64,000 nt of DNA from Laetmonice hystrix. Lineage: Eukaryota. The number at the start of each line of letters is the position of its first letter. Within the stretch, counting starts at the first letter, position 1. The DNA lies in NCBI GenBank assembly GCA_965235115.1, contig OZ249438.1:19282001-19346000 (forward strand), given 5' to 3'. This document shows, piece by piece, positions 1 to 12,900 of this stretch. A program made the position numbers and the translations under genes. The notes under the pieces were generated by a model that was not told the origin of the DNA, made no database searches, and was given only the letters and a program-made list of their open reading frames with translations.

Positions 1-2608
1 CCATAGGGAAACGTACGTGGCCTGAAGCACGGGTGCTAATCCAGTGCCAAAATTTATAAAGTACAAATCAATTCACCTCAATCTAGCCTAACGGGCGACT
101 ATACTTTACCATAACGAGTTATACATGTATCTACACATTGTATCAAACTTCTTTAGATTGCCTATAAGAGAAAAAGTGATTATTTCTAAATATGTTATAA
201 CCCTCATAAGCTAGAAATTCATTCAAAAGATGGACCCAATGAGATTTGCTCTTGATTGAGAAGTGGCTCACGAACTGCTTATCAAGGATAATTACTACCC
301 TGGTATACATTGTCTGTTAGCCTTTTGAATCAAAGCCATTTTGCCGGAGCACTGTGCGGAAACTGAAATTTACCAAGCTTTACCTGACATGTATGCAAGA
401 AAGATTGTTCTAGAGATACCGATAGGTTGGATCGTCCCCAAACCTGTCACACCTGAGTCTGCCCCTCCCTGCCCAACTTGACGTGATGGGGGTGTAAGAA
501 TCTACTGAATGTGGCTTGGTTATGAGTTAATCCCAACTTTTTAGTGGTTGAATAAGATACATTTTTCATTTTTGGGGGATTGATTGAGGGGGTGGGGGGG
601 GGGGGGGGGAGCAAGATCCGGCAGCCAAACTAAAACAGCACACATGCGTATAGAGCCAGCAAATCGCTAGTTTTACAGCTTTGTTGTATATAATTATATG
701 TAAGTTTAGGCTTTTTTGTGGAGGGGAGGGGGGGCAAGGCCACCCTCCGCCCCCTGGCTACACCCCTGCATAATTTATAAATGTCATATCAGGGAAAATG
801 TGGAATTCAAGGTTTGCATAACATATGATAGCGATTGGGTGAAAGGTATTTTGGCACTCTTTATTTCGATGTGTCTAGACATGTACATGTATACAAAAAT
901 CCTTTTCTTTAGTATTCGTAGATCAAGATCAGACTTCCTGCAGAAGTATTTTATTTTGCCATTGATTTTATTTTATTGTAATTGTGAAACCACAGATTTG
1001 AAATAAGCAATATTCTGCAAGGCTCCTGTGTCAAGAAGAGGAACAAGCCAGGGGAATGGGCCATCGGAACTAGCACTTTTACCGGTGTTCTTCTCAAGAT
1101 TTGTTGTTCTTACTGACGCAAGCCACTATAAGCTGTACTTGGATGTCTTGGGTTTCAACCATGTGCACTTTGCCTAGCTTTACAAGGCAAGGTAATTGGT
1201 TGAAAGAAAAAAGCCAAATACAAGTTAATATGGCGGGAACTTGTGCCAGGGCAGGAAGCAGAGAAAGGATAATTTATGTAAGATATGTCAGGTGCCTCCT
1301 ATTAGATTGAGGATATTACAAAACTGTATGTACTGTGTTCAGTTGTACTGTTATATATAAGTACACTTATTTTGGACTGGAGCCGCTTGTAGTTGGGACC
1401 AAATTATAATGGTAGTCTCTATCTATGTCTCTATGTAACAACTAGGGGCCCAATTAAGAAACAGTCGTGCTGTTCAGTATTTTGTAATTTTCTACAGAAG
1501 TCAAGTGATTTCTTGGTTGGGGTGTGGGCAGTGGAAAGGATGGTTTCAGAGCAGTGTGTGTGAGTCTGGTACAGAGGCTGGCATGCAGCCGTTGTTATTT
1601 ATCTCTCATATTTTTGTATATATATGCGGATGAGGAGTATCTTGAGCAGTGCTGTATAGTACGTGAGGAGGGTTGAAACAACCTAAAGAAAGATCTCTGC
1701 TGGTCTGGTTGTGTGCAACTCCCTGCAAGGATTAACATGTTTAATATACAGTGAGGAACAATGTGAATGCAAATAAAAGAGATGTACGCTATATCTATGT
1801 GATCTTGCTTTGATTCCTTTATTACCGATACCGGCACCTTGTTGTACAGTAGGTGTCGGTGCAATTCATTAAAATTTTGCTTATTTTTTCTTGCAAAAGA
1901 TTTCTTTTCTAATGATGGCCTTTAATTTGCATGCACCAGGGTAATTTTTTTTGTTTAATATTTTATCGCATTGAAAGGCTCACGATACAGAAAAGATGGT
2001 GGGATTATTTCCTTTGAAGGATGCCAATATAGCGGGGTCTCGCTGGTAATACCTGTAGCTGTAGGCCTACCGGGTAACATCGGAAAAGGGTGGTATCATC
2101 TGTAGCGCCACCTAGTGTGCCTGTTGCCTCTCGCCGTCGTGAAACGCAGCGTGCAACGCGATGATTCCAGAACATATTTGCAGGCCAGCTGTGTATCCTC
2201 TTGATACCATAGATATGAACGATTTTCTTTGTATTTATGTTAATACGAAGGAAATTAGGTTTGGCCGGGATCGAGGCGGATGTGACAGACGACGCTAAGC
2301 GCCCGCAGGATTGTGGGAGGTCGATCACCAAGACAGTAAACATGGCGGATGTCAACAAACTCGCGCTGGGACCGAGCATGCCGAACCTAGGTTGAGGCGT
2401 CGTCAACTCGCTGCCTTGATTGTCTTCGTGAGCGTATCGTAAACACAGAGAAATAGCCGGAAAGCATGTAGGCCTAGCGGAGAAAGTACTTCATGGATTT
2501 AGGTTTGTTTTATAATATGTTGTTAAACAACGGTTCTACTGGCTTTGAAAAACAGACAAGTTTGGACTTTGAGAGGAGGTGGGTGCAGGACAGGTGCTCC
2601 AGTCCAGC

Positions 2609-2622
2609 GTTGTCATGGTAAC
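2609..2622. promoter_or_regulatory. RFX X-box motif upstream of the dynein gene
   Basis: GTTGTCATGGTAAC matches the palindromic X-box consensus, in a CpG-rich segment ~1.4 kb upstream of the inferred ATG. RFX factors are established regulators of ciliary genes. Confidence 0.55.
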
Positions 2623-2984
2623 TGCAGTCTGGCACGCTTCACTGGTCAACGCGCAGACCGCGCGCGGACGTGCAGGGCGCAAGCCAAGGGCAGCTGGTCC
2701 TCATTCATGTGGCATTCATTGACACGAAAAACAGCGTGAAATGGTAAAATGCTATGAATTTTCCACACATCTTATTGCCAAACTACTACATTACCATGAC
2801 AACCACAGGGGCATCCTGCCTGATCCTCCAACTACCAACAAAAATAAAATAAAATACCAAATTGTGCATTCTTACTAATAATTTACGATGCAGGACACAA
2901 TCCAAATGCTAAATGTGTGAGAATCCTGCAATGGTCCAGTGCTGACAGTATGGATCACATGACATATCGTGATGGCTACAGCAG

Positions 2985-3100
2985 GGGCCCGTCTTACTAA
3001 GCCGGCGACGTCGCCCGTCAAAATGTCGCCAACGACATATTACCTTATATGCCCGGCGACGTCCCATTTGGCGACGTCGCCGGCTTAGTAAGACGGGCCC
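2985..3100. mobile_element. Short PIF/Harbinger-like MITE (116 bp)
   Basis: ~31-bp perfect terminal inverted repeat gggcccgtcttactaagccggcgacgtcgcc, flanked on both sides by CAG (2982-2984, 3101-3103), consistent with a 3-bp TSD. Confidence 0.7.
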
Positions 3101-3296
3101 CAGGTCACATGCACCTAACTTTGGAAGGAATTGTGCGAATTACACAAAATTTGCGTCATTTGATAGGAAATGATAAAAGTGAACAACAATTTTACGTTTA
3201 CCTGATATTTCTACCACTTATGGGTGTTTTCATGAAAAAATAGCAGAAAAATCATAGGTTTTAGGAAAATATTCCTATAAATTAGAGGAAGGTGTC

Positions 3297-3310
3297 GTTA
3301 CCATGGCAAC
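3297..3310. promoter_or_regulatory. X-box motif (GTTACCATGGCAAC)
   Basis: Near-perfect RFX consensus. May sit in repeat-derived sequence, so function is uncertain. Confidence 0.4.
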
Positions 3311-3986
3311 CGATTTTTTTTCTTTTCTATTCGTTTTTAAATTCCATATGATATAAGCTCCAAACTGATGTCTCACTTGGTCATATAACTACATGTACTT
3401 CATCTCTCATTACGATCTGACCTTCATTAATATTGATCATGTCTATTTCATTGTGCCAGATCTTGATATTTGGCGGTCAGGAAGGGGTTAAACAGGAAGG
3501 GACCTGGCGCTATTTTATAGCGCTGGACACTAGCTGGAAATAGGGGGGCCAGGGGCCTTTTACTGGGGACCAGGCGCTAATAGAGCTTAGGCACCGGATT
3601 ATTTCGATCCCTGCTGTCTATTTCCTTTTGCACAGGTTTGTCCAAATAGCCATAATATATTATAGGCCACTCGACTCATTGGTTGTTTTTTCTCGACTAT
3701 ATATAAAAGTTGGTTACTTGATCTATCAAAGGTCCCATCTGTTGTTTTTTTCTTAATTGGTGCACCATAAATATATACATGTATATGTGCAAGTTACATA
3801 CTCTTTTTGTTTTTGTTTGCAGTGACACCAGACCATCATTAATGTCAACATGATTTGCCACTGCCAGTGAATAATAAGGAATTTACAAGGGATTGTATTA
3901 AATCAATGGGCAAGTTTTTGTGTTTTACATAAAAACAACAGTTCTAATATAATTTTTTGATATAATTTATATGAAGTGAGCTAAAA

Positions 3987-6900
3987 ATGAGTTGGGAGTC
4001 TTCATACTCGGACATGTTTGGGGTGGTCCCTCCACCAGGCCATCCGACACCATCAGTCTCGCGTAATGTCTTCAGCCCCCCCACCACTGACCCAGAGCGA
4101 CCTGCCAGTCATTTGACTCCTCTAAAGGGAGCTGTTGGGAATAATGGAGTACTTCCAGGAACCCTTCCAGGACATTGGAAGCGGAGACCACAACCTGTGG
4201 CAGTTGACTTGAAGGCACGGTTGTATGATAGACCAGAAAACTGTCAAGTCCTACAAGCAGTCCAGAAACGTTCACTTACTAAGCAAGGCTTACACGCTGG
4301 AAGTGGAGGACACGATATGGCTACAACAGAGGTATGTTGTACTAATAGTGTCATAACACATATATCGTCTTATTAGGTTGCACAGTGTGCATATAACAGG
4401 TGTTGCTGATTTCCCGGTAAAATGCCAACTAAAATTATTCTCACATAGTTATGAGAGTCTTGCAAAATTATTATTTACCACGAAATTATTACAGGGTTTG
4501 GGTGAGTGGCAGTGTATAGTGCTCCATCTCACAGCTTTATTTATTATGTTATTATGTTATTAACTTATATTATTTCTAATTTTGTAGCTGACTGTTCCTC
4601 GTCCACCATCAGGAAGGTCCATGGCCCCAGGTGCAGCTTTCCGAACCACAATGTTTAAGAAGGACTTCATGCGCAAACATCAGCTGCGTAAAGCCAAGCA
4701 GGAGGCCAGAGAGGCAGCCATGGTTGCAGCAATGTCAGCATCAGTTTATAAGTTATAATAACTAAGAAAAGGCGATAGTAAAGTGGATTCCTAAAAACGA
4801 TCTTAAAGAGTTAAATGTGTAATGTCATACTTTTATGTCTGATTTCTTTTTGCCTTAAGGCTAATTCCTTGTTTGCAATATTTAGCTGAGTACTGGTACT
4901 AATAAAATATATTTGTTCAGAGTTCCACAGAAAGATGGTTGTGCCAAATCTGAGACAGACCTTGAGTCTGTCACCAGTGAGCTGCAAATTCCATTGAGGA
5001 CAGACAAAACTGTCACTTTTGCCGATGAGTGCCATGGCGACAGTGCAGATGTCAATGGAATGCTATGGGGTACTTCTACTCAATCGTCACCCATGAAAGG
5101 CTCTCCAAGAAGTGACACTGACACTGTGGAAGGAGTGATCTCATCTCGGCCAGAATCGACAGACCATGGACCTGACCATGTAGAACCCTTGCAGGATGAC
5201 TTTGTGGAGGTGGTCCTGGAGATGAGGCGGAGACTAGGCTGGGTTACAGAGCTGCCTCGTCATGGCCATGGGTCTAAGGAAGGAATGGAGAAACTAAAAG
5301 CCACACCAGGCAAGAATACACTGGAGGTAAGGACTGCTCGTGTCTAGCTCTAGGCAGGGTGAGGCAGGAGGGAATTCAGGCCCGGTCTTGTCCTGATTAT
5401 AGGGTAATGCTCTTGGTATGCCCCAAATATATGTGTCCGTGTGAGACCCTATGCACTGGCTACCATAGAGTTGTGCTTGGAAGTGCCTCAGCCATGGTAC
5501 ACCAACTGCAAACTAATGTCGTGTAGGTACATGGTAAAAAAAATTGTTTCTGTCATGGGTTTGATTTTGGGCAGAGTATGCAGCTGACAAGGTTTCGAGA
5601 CATTCTGAAGTCGGTGTATGATTAAACTTATAGGTGATTATCTTTGATTTGTAGCAATGTTCATTAGTTTTCTTTGATTATCAAGATGTATGTAATATAA
5701 ATTTATTGATTTAGTTTTCACTCTGTCAATGTCTTATCACTGGATTTAAAACCAAGACATGCACCACCTGTAGAAATTAAAAAGTAAAAGTTTGTGAAAA
5801 TATCTTTTATGAGATTCCAGGTAAATAGGGTACTGAATGTGTGAGAAATGATAAAGTCTGACATTAAAAGAAATAATGACAGGACATTGTACTTAAAAGG
5901 TTTTTTTCTTACCTTATTAGGGTAGTTCCGTGAAGGAGGATGATGGTACTTTTATCTACGCATTACCACGAAGTCGCAAAGACAAGAGGGCACGGCACAA
6001 CTCTTATGATCTACAGGTAGTCTCGGCAAACACAGCGAGGGCATTTACAATCTTCTGGACAGCAAGCTCCTCCAATGTGACAATGGTAGGATAATTCTGA
6101 AGTCCTTCAAATCTTACAGTACTTATGGTAGTTGATAGCTCGTCCATGGTCTAAGTAGGTTCATCTGTTGGTGCAATGGGAGAGTAACCATTGATGGATC
6201 ATATCTTCATTCTGTGGCATGAGGAAACTCAATTAAAACTCTCACATGAGGTGCCTGCATGCAACCAGTCAGGCTGTATGTATATAAAAAAATCCTTCCC
6301 GTTTTACAATACCATCAGGGTAAACTATAGAAACATAAGCTAAAAAGGCTGATGTTGTTAACCTTACAACTCTTGGCTGTTAACCTGATTAAATCAAAAT
6401 GGGTGCCTGTTGACCTACAGCCTGGCTCGTGAGTGTTAATCTAATTAAACAAAAATGGTGGCCTGTTGACCTACAGCCTGGCTCGTGACTGTTTAAAATC
6501 TAAAAACAAAAATGGTGGCCTGTTGACCTACAGCCTGGCTCGTGACTGTTTAAAATCTAAAAACAAAAATGGTGGCCTGTTGACCTACAGCCTGGCTCAT
6601 GACTGTTAATCTAATTAAACAAAAATGGTGGCCTGTTGACCTAGAGCCTGGCTCGTGACTATTAATCTAATTAAGTGCCTGTTGACCTAGAGCCTGGCTC
6701 GTGACCTGTCGAAAGCATTCAACTGTGTGAATCATGACATCCTTTGTACGAAACTAGAAAGAGTAGGTATTAAAGGGCAGTGCAAACAATGGATCATTGA
6801 ATACCTCAGGGACAGGCAGCAGTATGTGAAAAATGGTGGTATAAACTCTGATTGTAAATCTATTAACTATGGTATACCTCAGGGAAGCGTTTTAGGCCCA

Positions 6901-9900
6901 CTTATCTATTTATTGTATGTAAATGATATTATGGACTGTGATATTACATCGGATCTGAATATGTTTGCCGATGACACGGCGATGGTGGCCCATGGAAAAG
7001 TGTTGGCTGAGGTGATCTCCAATATCAATCAAGACATGACCAAATTGACTGGATGGTTTAATGCCAACAAATTAACTGTCAACCTTGACAAAACAAAATG
7101 TATGTTTTTTAGTAAGAATTCACATGATCACTGTGAGCTACCATTGATAGATGTCAATGGGGTGCTGCTTGAATTTGTACATAACTTCTCATATCTGGGA
7201 ATAGTCTTAGACAACAGGCTGCAATTTAATGACCACATCAAAAATAGTATTAAGAAAGCAGGGCATAAGGTATATATGTTATCAAGACTAAGACAGTACA
7301 TTAATACACATACTGCGCTAACCATTTTTAAAGCGATGATCCTACCTTATATTGAATATGGTAACATCTTTAATGGGACATGCATCGAATCTTATCAACA
7401 GAAGTTACAAGTAATCCAAAATAGTGGATTGAAAATTGCTCTGAACAAAAACATCTTATATAGAACAGTTGATCTTCACGTCGAAGCCAAGATCCTTCCT
7501 TGTAATTATAGAAGACTGATGATGTTACAGAAAATCACCTTTAATGAAGTGAGAGATAACGCGGCGGTGCTTAACAATAGGGACATTAGAACCAGGGCAC
7601 ATGATGCTACCCTACTCCATGTCCCTCTGCCAAAATCTGAGTTATTTAAAAAATCAAACAACTACTATCAACCTGTTATATGGAATAACCTACCTCTGCA
7701 TATCAGATGCATAAATGAGCTCAACAACTTTAAAGCAGCAATTAAAAGACACTATATAAGCATGTTCCTATCGGATAATAACCTTGAACACGAATGCTGG
7801 TAATCATCAGATGTGATACTGTCTCCGTGAGACTGCTCATGTAGGAATTCTTGTATATATTTCTTGTTTAAATTGTATATATTTTTGTTTTAATTTAATT
7901 TTGTTTTAGGAAGTGAGAGATAACGTAGGGACATAAGAACCAGGGCACATGATGCTACTCTACTCAATGTCCCTCTGCCAAAGTTTGAGATATTTGAAAA
8001 ATCTATCAAACTGTGTTATGGAATAACCTACCTCAACATATCAGATGTATAAATGAGCTCAACAAATTCTAAAGCAGCAATTAAAAGACACTATATAACA
8101 TAAGCATGTTCCTATCGGATAATAACCTTGAACACGAATTCTGGTAATCACCAGATGTGATACTGTCCCTGTGAGACTGCTCATGTAGGTAGTCTTGTAT
8201 ATATTTTTGTAGACCTGTATATTATATTCTTGTAGTTATGTATCCATGCAGGACCTCACATTTGTAACGGCTCCCAGCCGAGTGGGTAATCCTGGGTAAA
8301 GATGTTCAATAAAAAAAAAAAAAAAAAAATCTAATTAAGTGCCTGTTGACCTAGAGCCTGGCTCGTGACTATTAATCTAATTAAGTGCCTGTTGACCTAG
8401 AGCCTGGCTCGTGACTATTAATCTAATTAAGTGCCTGTTGAGCTAGAGCCTGGCTCGTGACTATTAATCTAATTAAGTGCCTGTTGAGCTAGAGCCTGGC
8501 TCGTGACTGTTAATCTAATTAAATAAAAATGGTGGCCTGTTGCCCCAGAGCCTGGCCCATCACTGTTAACCTAATTAAATGGCTCCTTGTGCCTGTAGAA
8601 CGTCGTCCACAGAGACGGCACAGAGGAGACATTCCCAACGCCCACCATGCAGTGGATTTGGGAGCGGCGACTCTTCTACAAAATCTACCAGTTACCAGTC
8701 TTCAGGCAGTTCACGTAGGTCGCCCCACAAATTTATCTAAAAGCATGAACAGCTAGCTATATCATATGTGCACAGCTGTGTGTAGAAGTGTGAGTAATGC
8801 AATGGCCTGCAGTACATTTTGACCTGAATTCAGATTGTTGGAAAATGCATATTCGGAGTGGTACACCCAAGAATGGTAAAGGAATAAGTAAATTTTGACT
8901 GAATTATACAATACAGGTCATGGAAAGCCTTCAATGTTTGGAAAATGAACGTCCGAGGTCAAAAGAATGGATCACACAGGTAAGTGGTTGGCGAATATGA
9001 AACCGCTTTAAAATTAAGGATCCACAGCATCTTCTTTCCTGCAATATGTTTGTTCAAAAATAAAGTGATGAATGTTTGAAATGCCTCTGGAAACACTTGC
9101 CTGTTTTGGACTGATGTCTGTGCAATTTTGTGCCATTTGCATTCAATGTAGTCCAGATGAATTGAATCGAGAAAGTGTATAGAAATAGATCTATGACTTT
9201 GTATTAAAATGCCTAATCATGATAATCGTGTTAACAAATTGTTAGTCATTGCAGGTACAGGCCATATCCTTTAGCATGTATCTAATTTATAATGCCCTAT
9301 ACATATTCAGTGGGTAAAACTAATAGACATACACTCGACAATAGTCATTTCAATGATTTCTTCTATAAAATTTCAAGGGCAACGTTGACCAAGACGCTAT
9401 TTGCAGCCAATGAAGTACTACAGGGATGCCTGTTGCATGTAAGGGGCATGTGCGAATCTGCATCAGGAAGCCTGACTGGTATTGGTGTTGGTGAGGCTAC
9501 CATCTCGCTAGTCAGCATTGACAAGTCAGTGACACATACGCTAGAGTCGTTCATGAGATGGCAGGGTGAGGTTGGAGACAAGGCTCTCAAACAGCTCCAG
9601 ACATTGCGAGACAATGTAGTGGCACTTGTGTGGGAAGCTTGTGCTGTGAGTACTTCTCTTTTGATTTTTGAAAATGCCCAGTCAAAGACAAAATTACTTC
9701 AGTGGGTTCATATGGAATTTCTTTTTAAAAATACCAAAGCATTCAGTATTTATTTTCTTTTTAAAAATACCAAAGCATTCAGTATATATCTTTAGGGAAA
9801 CACAGGAGGTCAGTTAAATTGCTTTACATTTAATATAGATCTTGTCTCTAGATTCTAACTGACACATAGATCTATACTTGATCAATGTTAGGCATATATC

Positions 9901-12900
9901 ATCAGTGGCCTAAAAACCTTTATATTGATGATTAATCACAATCATGACTGATACTCAAAAACCTCAACTGCCCTCTATTAGACTGTAGCTGAGATGGAAG
10001 GTATAACACATGGGATCCGTCCAGACTCTGACAAATTGGCAACAGTTAATGTCAAGGAGAAGGCGTCAGAAACAAAAGTCAAGTCTACAGCCAAAACTAG
10101 ACTTCTTGGAAAGTACGGTTTTGAGGCAGCCCCAAAATCAAATGTTGAAGAGAAGAATAAGAGTAAGTTTATTCAACCTTGCAGTGGAGGACCACGGACT
10201 GTAGTCTGTAGGAACATTGTTGAGGGAAAGAAAAAGATGAAAAAATAATTAAAATATGAAAAGGAAGGGAAAAAACTGAAGATTGGTTTTGAGCTAGATG
10301 GTGGCAGTATTGATGGATTATCTCCTGGGCCTTACGACCACCCCCATTCCCCATCCTGACAGCTGTAGGCACACATGTCCCTGAATGATGGTTTTCATGG
10401 GAATTAATTTGTAGCCTGAACATGAGCATTTTTTCATAAAATTAGTAAAAAAATAACTCCCAGCCCCCTCCCGAAACTCTACTGATTTATTGCAAGTCTT
10501 ATTTATTTACAGGCGATCGTCCTTCTTATGCCCAGATAGCTGAGTGGCGAAAGATCTTAAATCGCCTCTCTTACTTCCTGCGGCTAGTAGACTACCTCCT
10601 AATGGAGTTACTGCGTCGTTTAACCGTGACAGCCACCCGATTACTTCACAACTACATTCAGGCTTCAGCAGCTGCTGGTGGGATGGAGGAGGATGAAGAG
10701 GTGGGTGGTTTCAAGGCAATCACAGGCGGTTCAGTTCTTAGTGCAGAATATGGTTGGGCATGACGAACCGTGTAGTGTGGGCACCACGATATTCTTGAAC
10801 ATAAGTCGTTTGTTATTGGTTTACTCATCTAGTCGCTGCCTGGTGATGTGCTTTCTGTGACGTCTGACACGTCCACGTCTAGAGCATCATCCCCTGTGAA
10901 ACAGTGGAATGCCCCCACCAAGTCAAATGCCAGGTAATTTTTTCATCTTAAACGTGATGCTGATATTATGTACCATTGCTATGACTGTTGTGTGTTGCCA
11001 CCATCTCTGTTTGACCTGTTAACACAAGTGACATTCTGTATATATATAAGAGTGTTTTTGAAATGATTCAGCTGAAAGATTTGATTGTTAACCTCCCTCC
11101 TTGATTATTCCTGTATGTGAAACTGGTTTTGAGAATATCAAACCCAGTTGAGACATTCTTTGCAGTTTGGTAAGTGGGGGTTGTAGAATCAGTATAGAAT
11201 GGAGAGACGATTGAAGCTAGGACTTGTCCCTCTCATAATGTTCTTCTGCTAGTGTTGAAATCACTACATGGTGAGTAATAAGTAAAAAAGAGACTTCTCC
11301 ATGTTTATTAAGGGTCTACATGTTGATTTAATGGTGAACTTTGCAGCAGTAGTCTCAGCTCATTTACCTCTGTAGACGAATCTGCTGCGCCAACTCGCGA
11401 GTCTGACTTGTTCTCGCGGACATTTACTGAAGACCGGTATGTGTTAATATCTTTGACTGACAGCCTGACTGGTTGTCTGTCTGCCTTGTATTCTTGAAAG
11501 CATCTAACACACCATATATTCCCGTGTATAGTATGCACTATTTTCCTTCTAAAAATTAAAGCCTTCAGTTTAATTGGTCATGGGGCAGAATCATTCTTAC
11601 TAGATCCTATGTGAGGGTCTGCAGGTATAGCTGCTTGGAGTCATTTTCACATACATCCAACTTGTAAGGATGGTTTGTACGATCATAAATCTTATGATGC
11701 AGACAAAAATAGACATATAGCGACATTGGCAAACAGTATGTACATAAACTGAGAGTCTTAGTTGGTGGATCAGCAATAATATTGTACATTTATTAGGAGT
11801 CTTGTAAATATGTAAGTACTTTTAATTGTTCAGTTATGTACAGCTGTAACAACGCTCTGTCATGCACGTAACTCATGTGTGTGCCATCTTGTGTAAGTAT
11901 AAGTACCGGTTTGTACAGTAATGGTGCCAGATGAGAGAGGACCTGTTGTGGCATATAGTCCAATCCAACAGACCTTATCCTTTCTAAAAGTTTCTTGAGG
12001 CCTTGAGGCAAGCCTATAATTTGTGAATTGGTGCTTTGATATTGGCTATAATTCAACTTATCAAAGAGCATTTCTAGTTAGTAAAACCTGTATAAATTTA
12101 AAAAAATGAAGAAATCTCTGAATACATGTATTTGAAGGGCAGGGCAAGGTCTACCATAAAACTCATGTCCTTCTAACCACAGGTATCCAAGGTCATGAAA
12201 ATTCATGTACTAAGCAAGAAATTAAAACTGGAAGCGTGGTATGATTGATCTGCGTGTTGGGTGCTGGGAGCGTTTCAAGATCGGCAGTAAAGCTTGGTGT
12301 CTTTATTTTTTTCAGGACAACCACCACTTCCCGCTCAGACCTGTCAACAGCCTCCCAGGCTAAAAGTAAAAGTACCCGGTCCCCTCAGGTGACAACGGCC
12401 TCCGGTTACCACGTCCCACAGTTTGACTTTGACAAGCCAGAAGAAGTAGAGGTCCCTCTTGATATTGATGAGGTGCGTGAAAACTGTCTTTGTCTCCCTA
12501 CTCCATGTAAATTGTTAACCTCCGTCCTACTGCTCCTTGTTGTCATGTTCTTGCATCGTACTGTTTGCTGGGCATACAGGTGATGGAAGAACTCCAGCAT
12601 CAGCATGACGTGGTGGAGGTCACTCAGTGTATCTTATCTGTCGAGCTCGTCCTCAATGTTGCCCCCAAAGCTCGACGTGGTCCTCACGGACACAGCCATG
12701 CCCACAAGGATTCGCTACACAAAGCCACCCATGGCACATCTCATAAAAAGGCTGTCAAGTTTACTGAGAACAAAGAATCATCAGGTCAGTATGTGGCTGG
12801 TCCAGCTCCTGACATTCTAATGTTAGAACTAGAAGGCATGGGACTGCTGTTATAGTGCCTGGATGCCAAATTCTAGGCCTGTTGTCACACCCTAACAACT

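Noticed and set aside
588-770. G-run block ending in cctggctacacccctg, like a short MITE terminus; also ttatttcgatccctg near 3600
   Set aside because: Only one convincing terminus each; no matching partner TIR or TSD seen.
1595-1864. Minus-strand 89-aa ORF and a protein-like plus-strand stretch (DEEYLEQCCIVREEG)
   Set aside because: Short, interrupted by stops or frameshifts, no clear splice sites or known motif.
2342-2395. Short ORF MADVNKLALGPSMPNLG in a good start context, and minus-strand ORF 2005-2406
   Set aside because: The plus ORF stops after 17 codons with only a weak donor; the minus ORF has no recognisable domain. Cannot be supported as genes.
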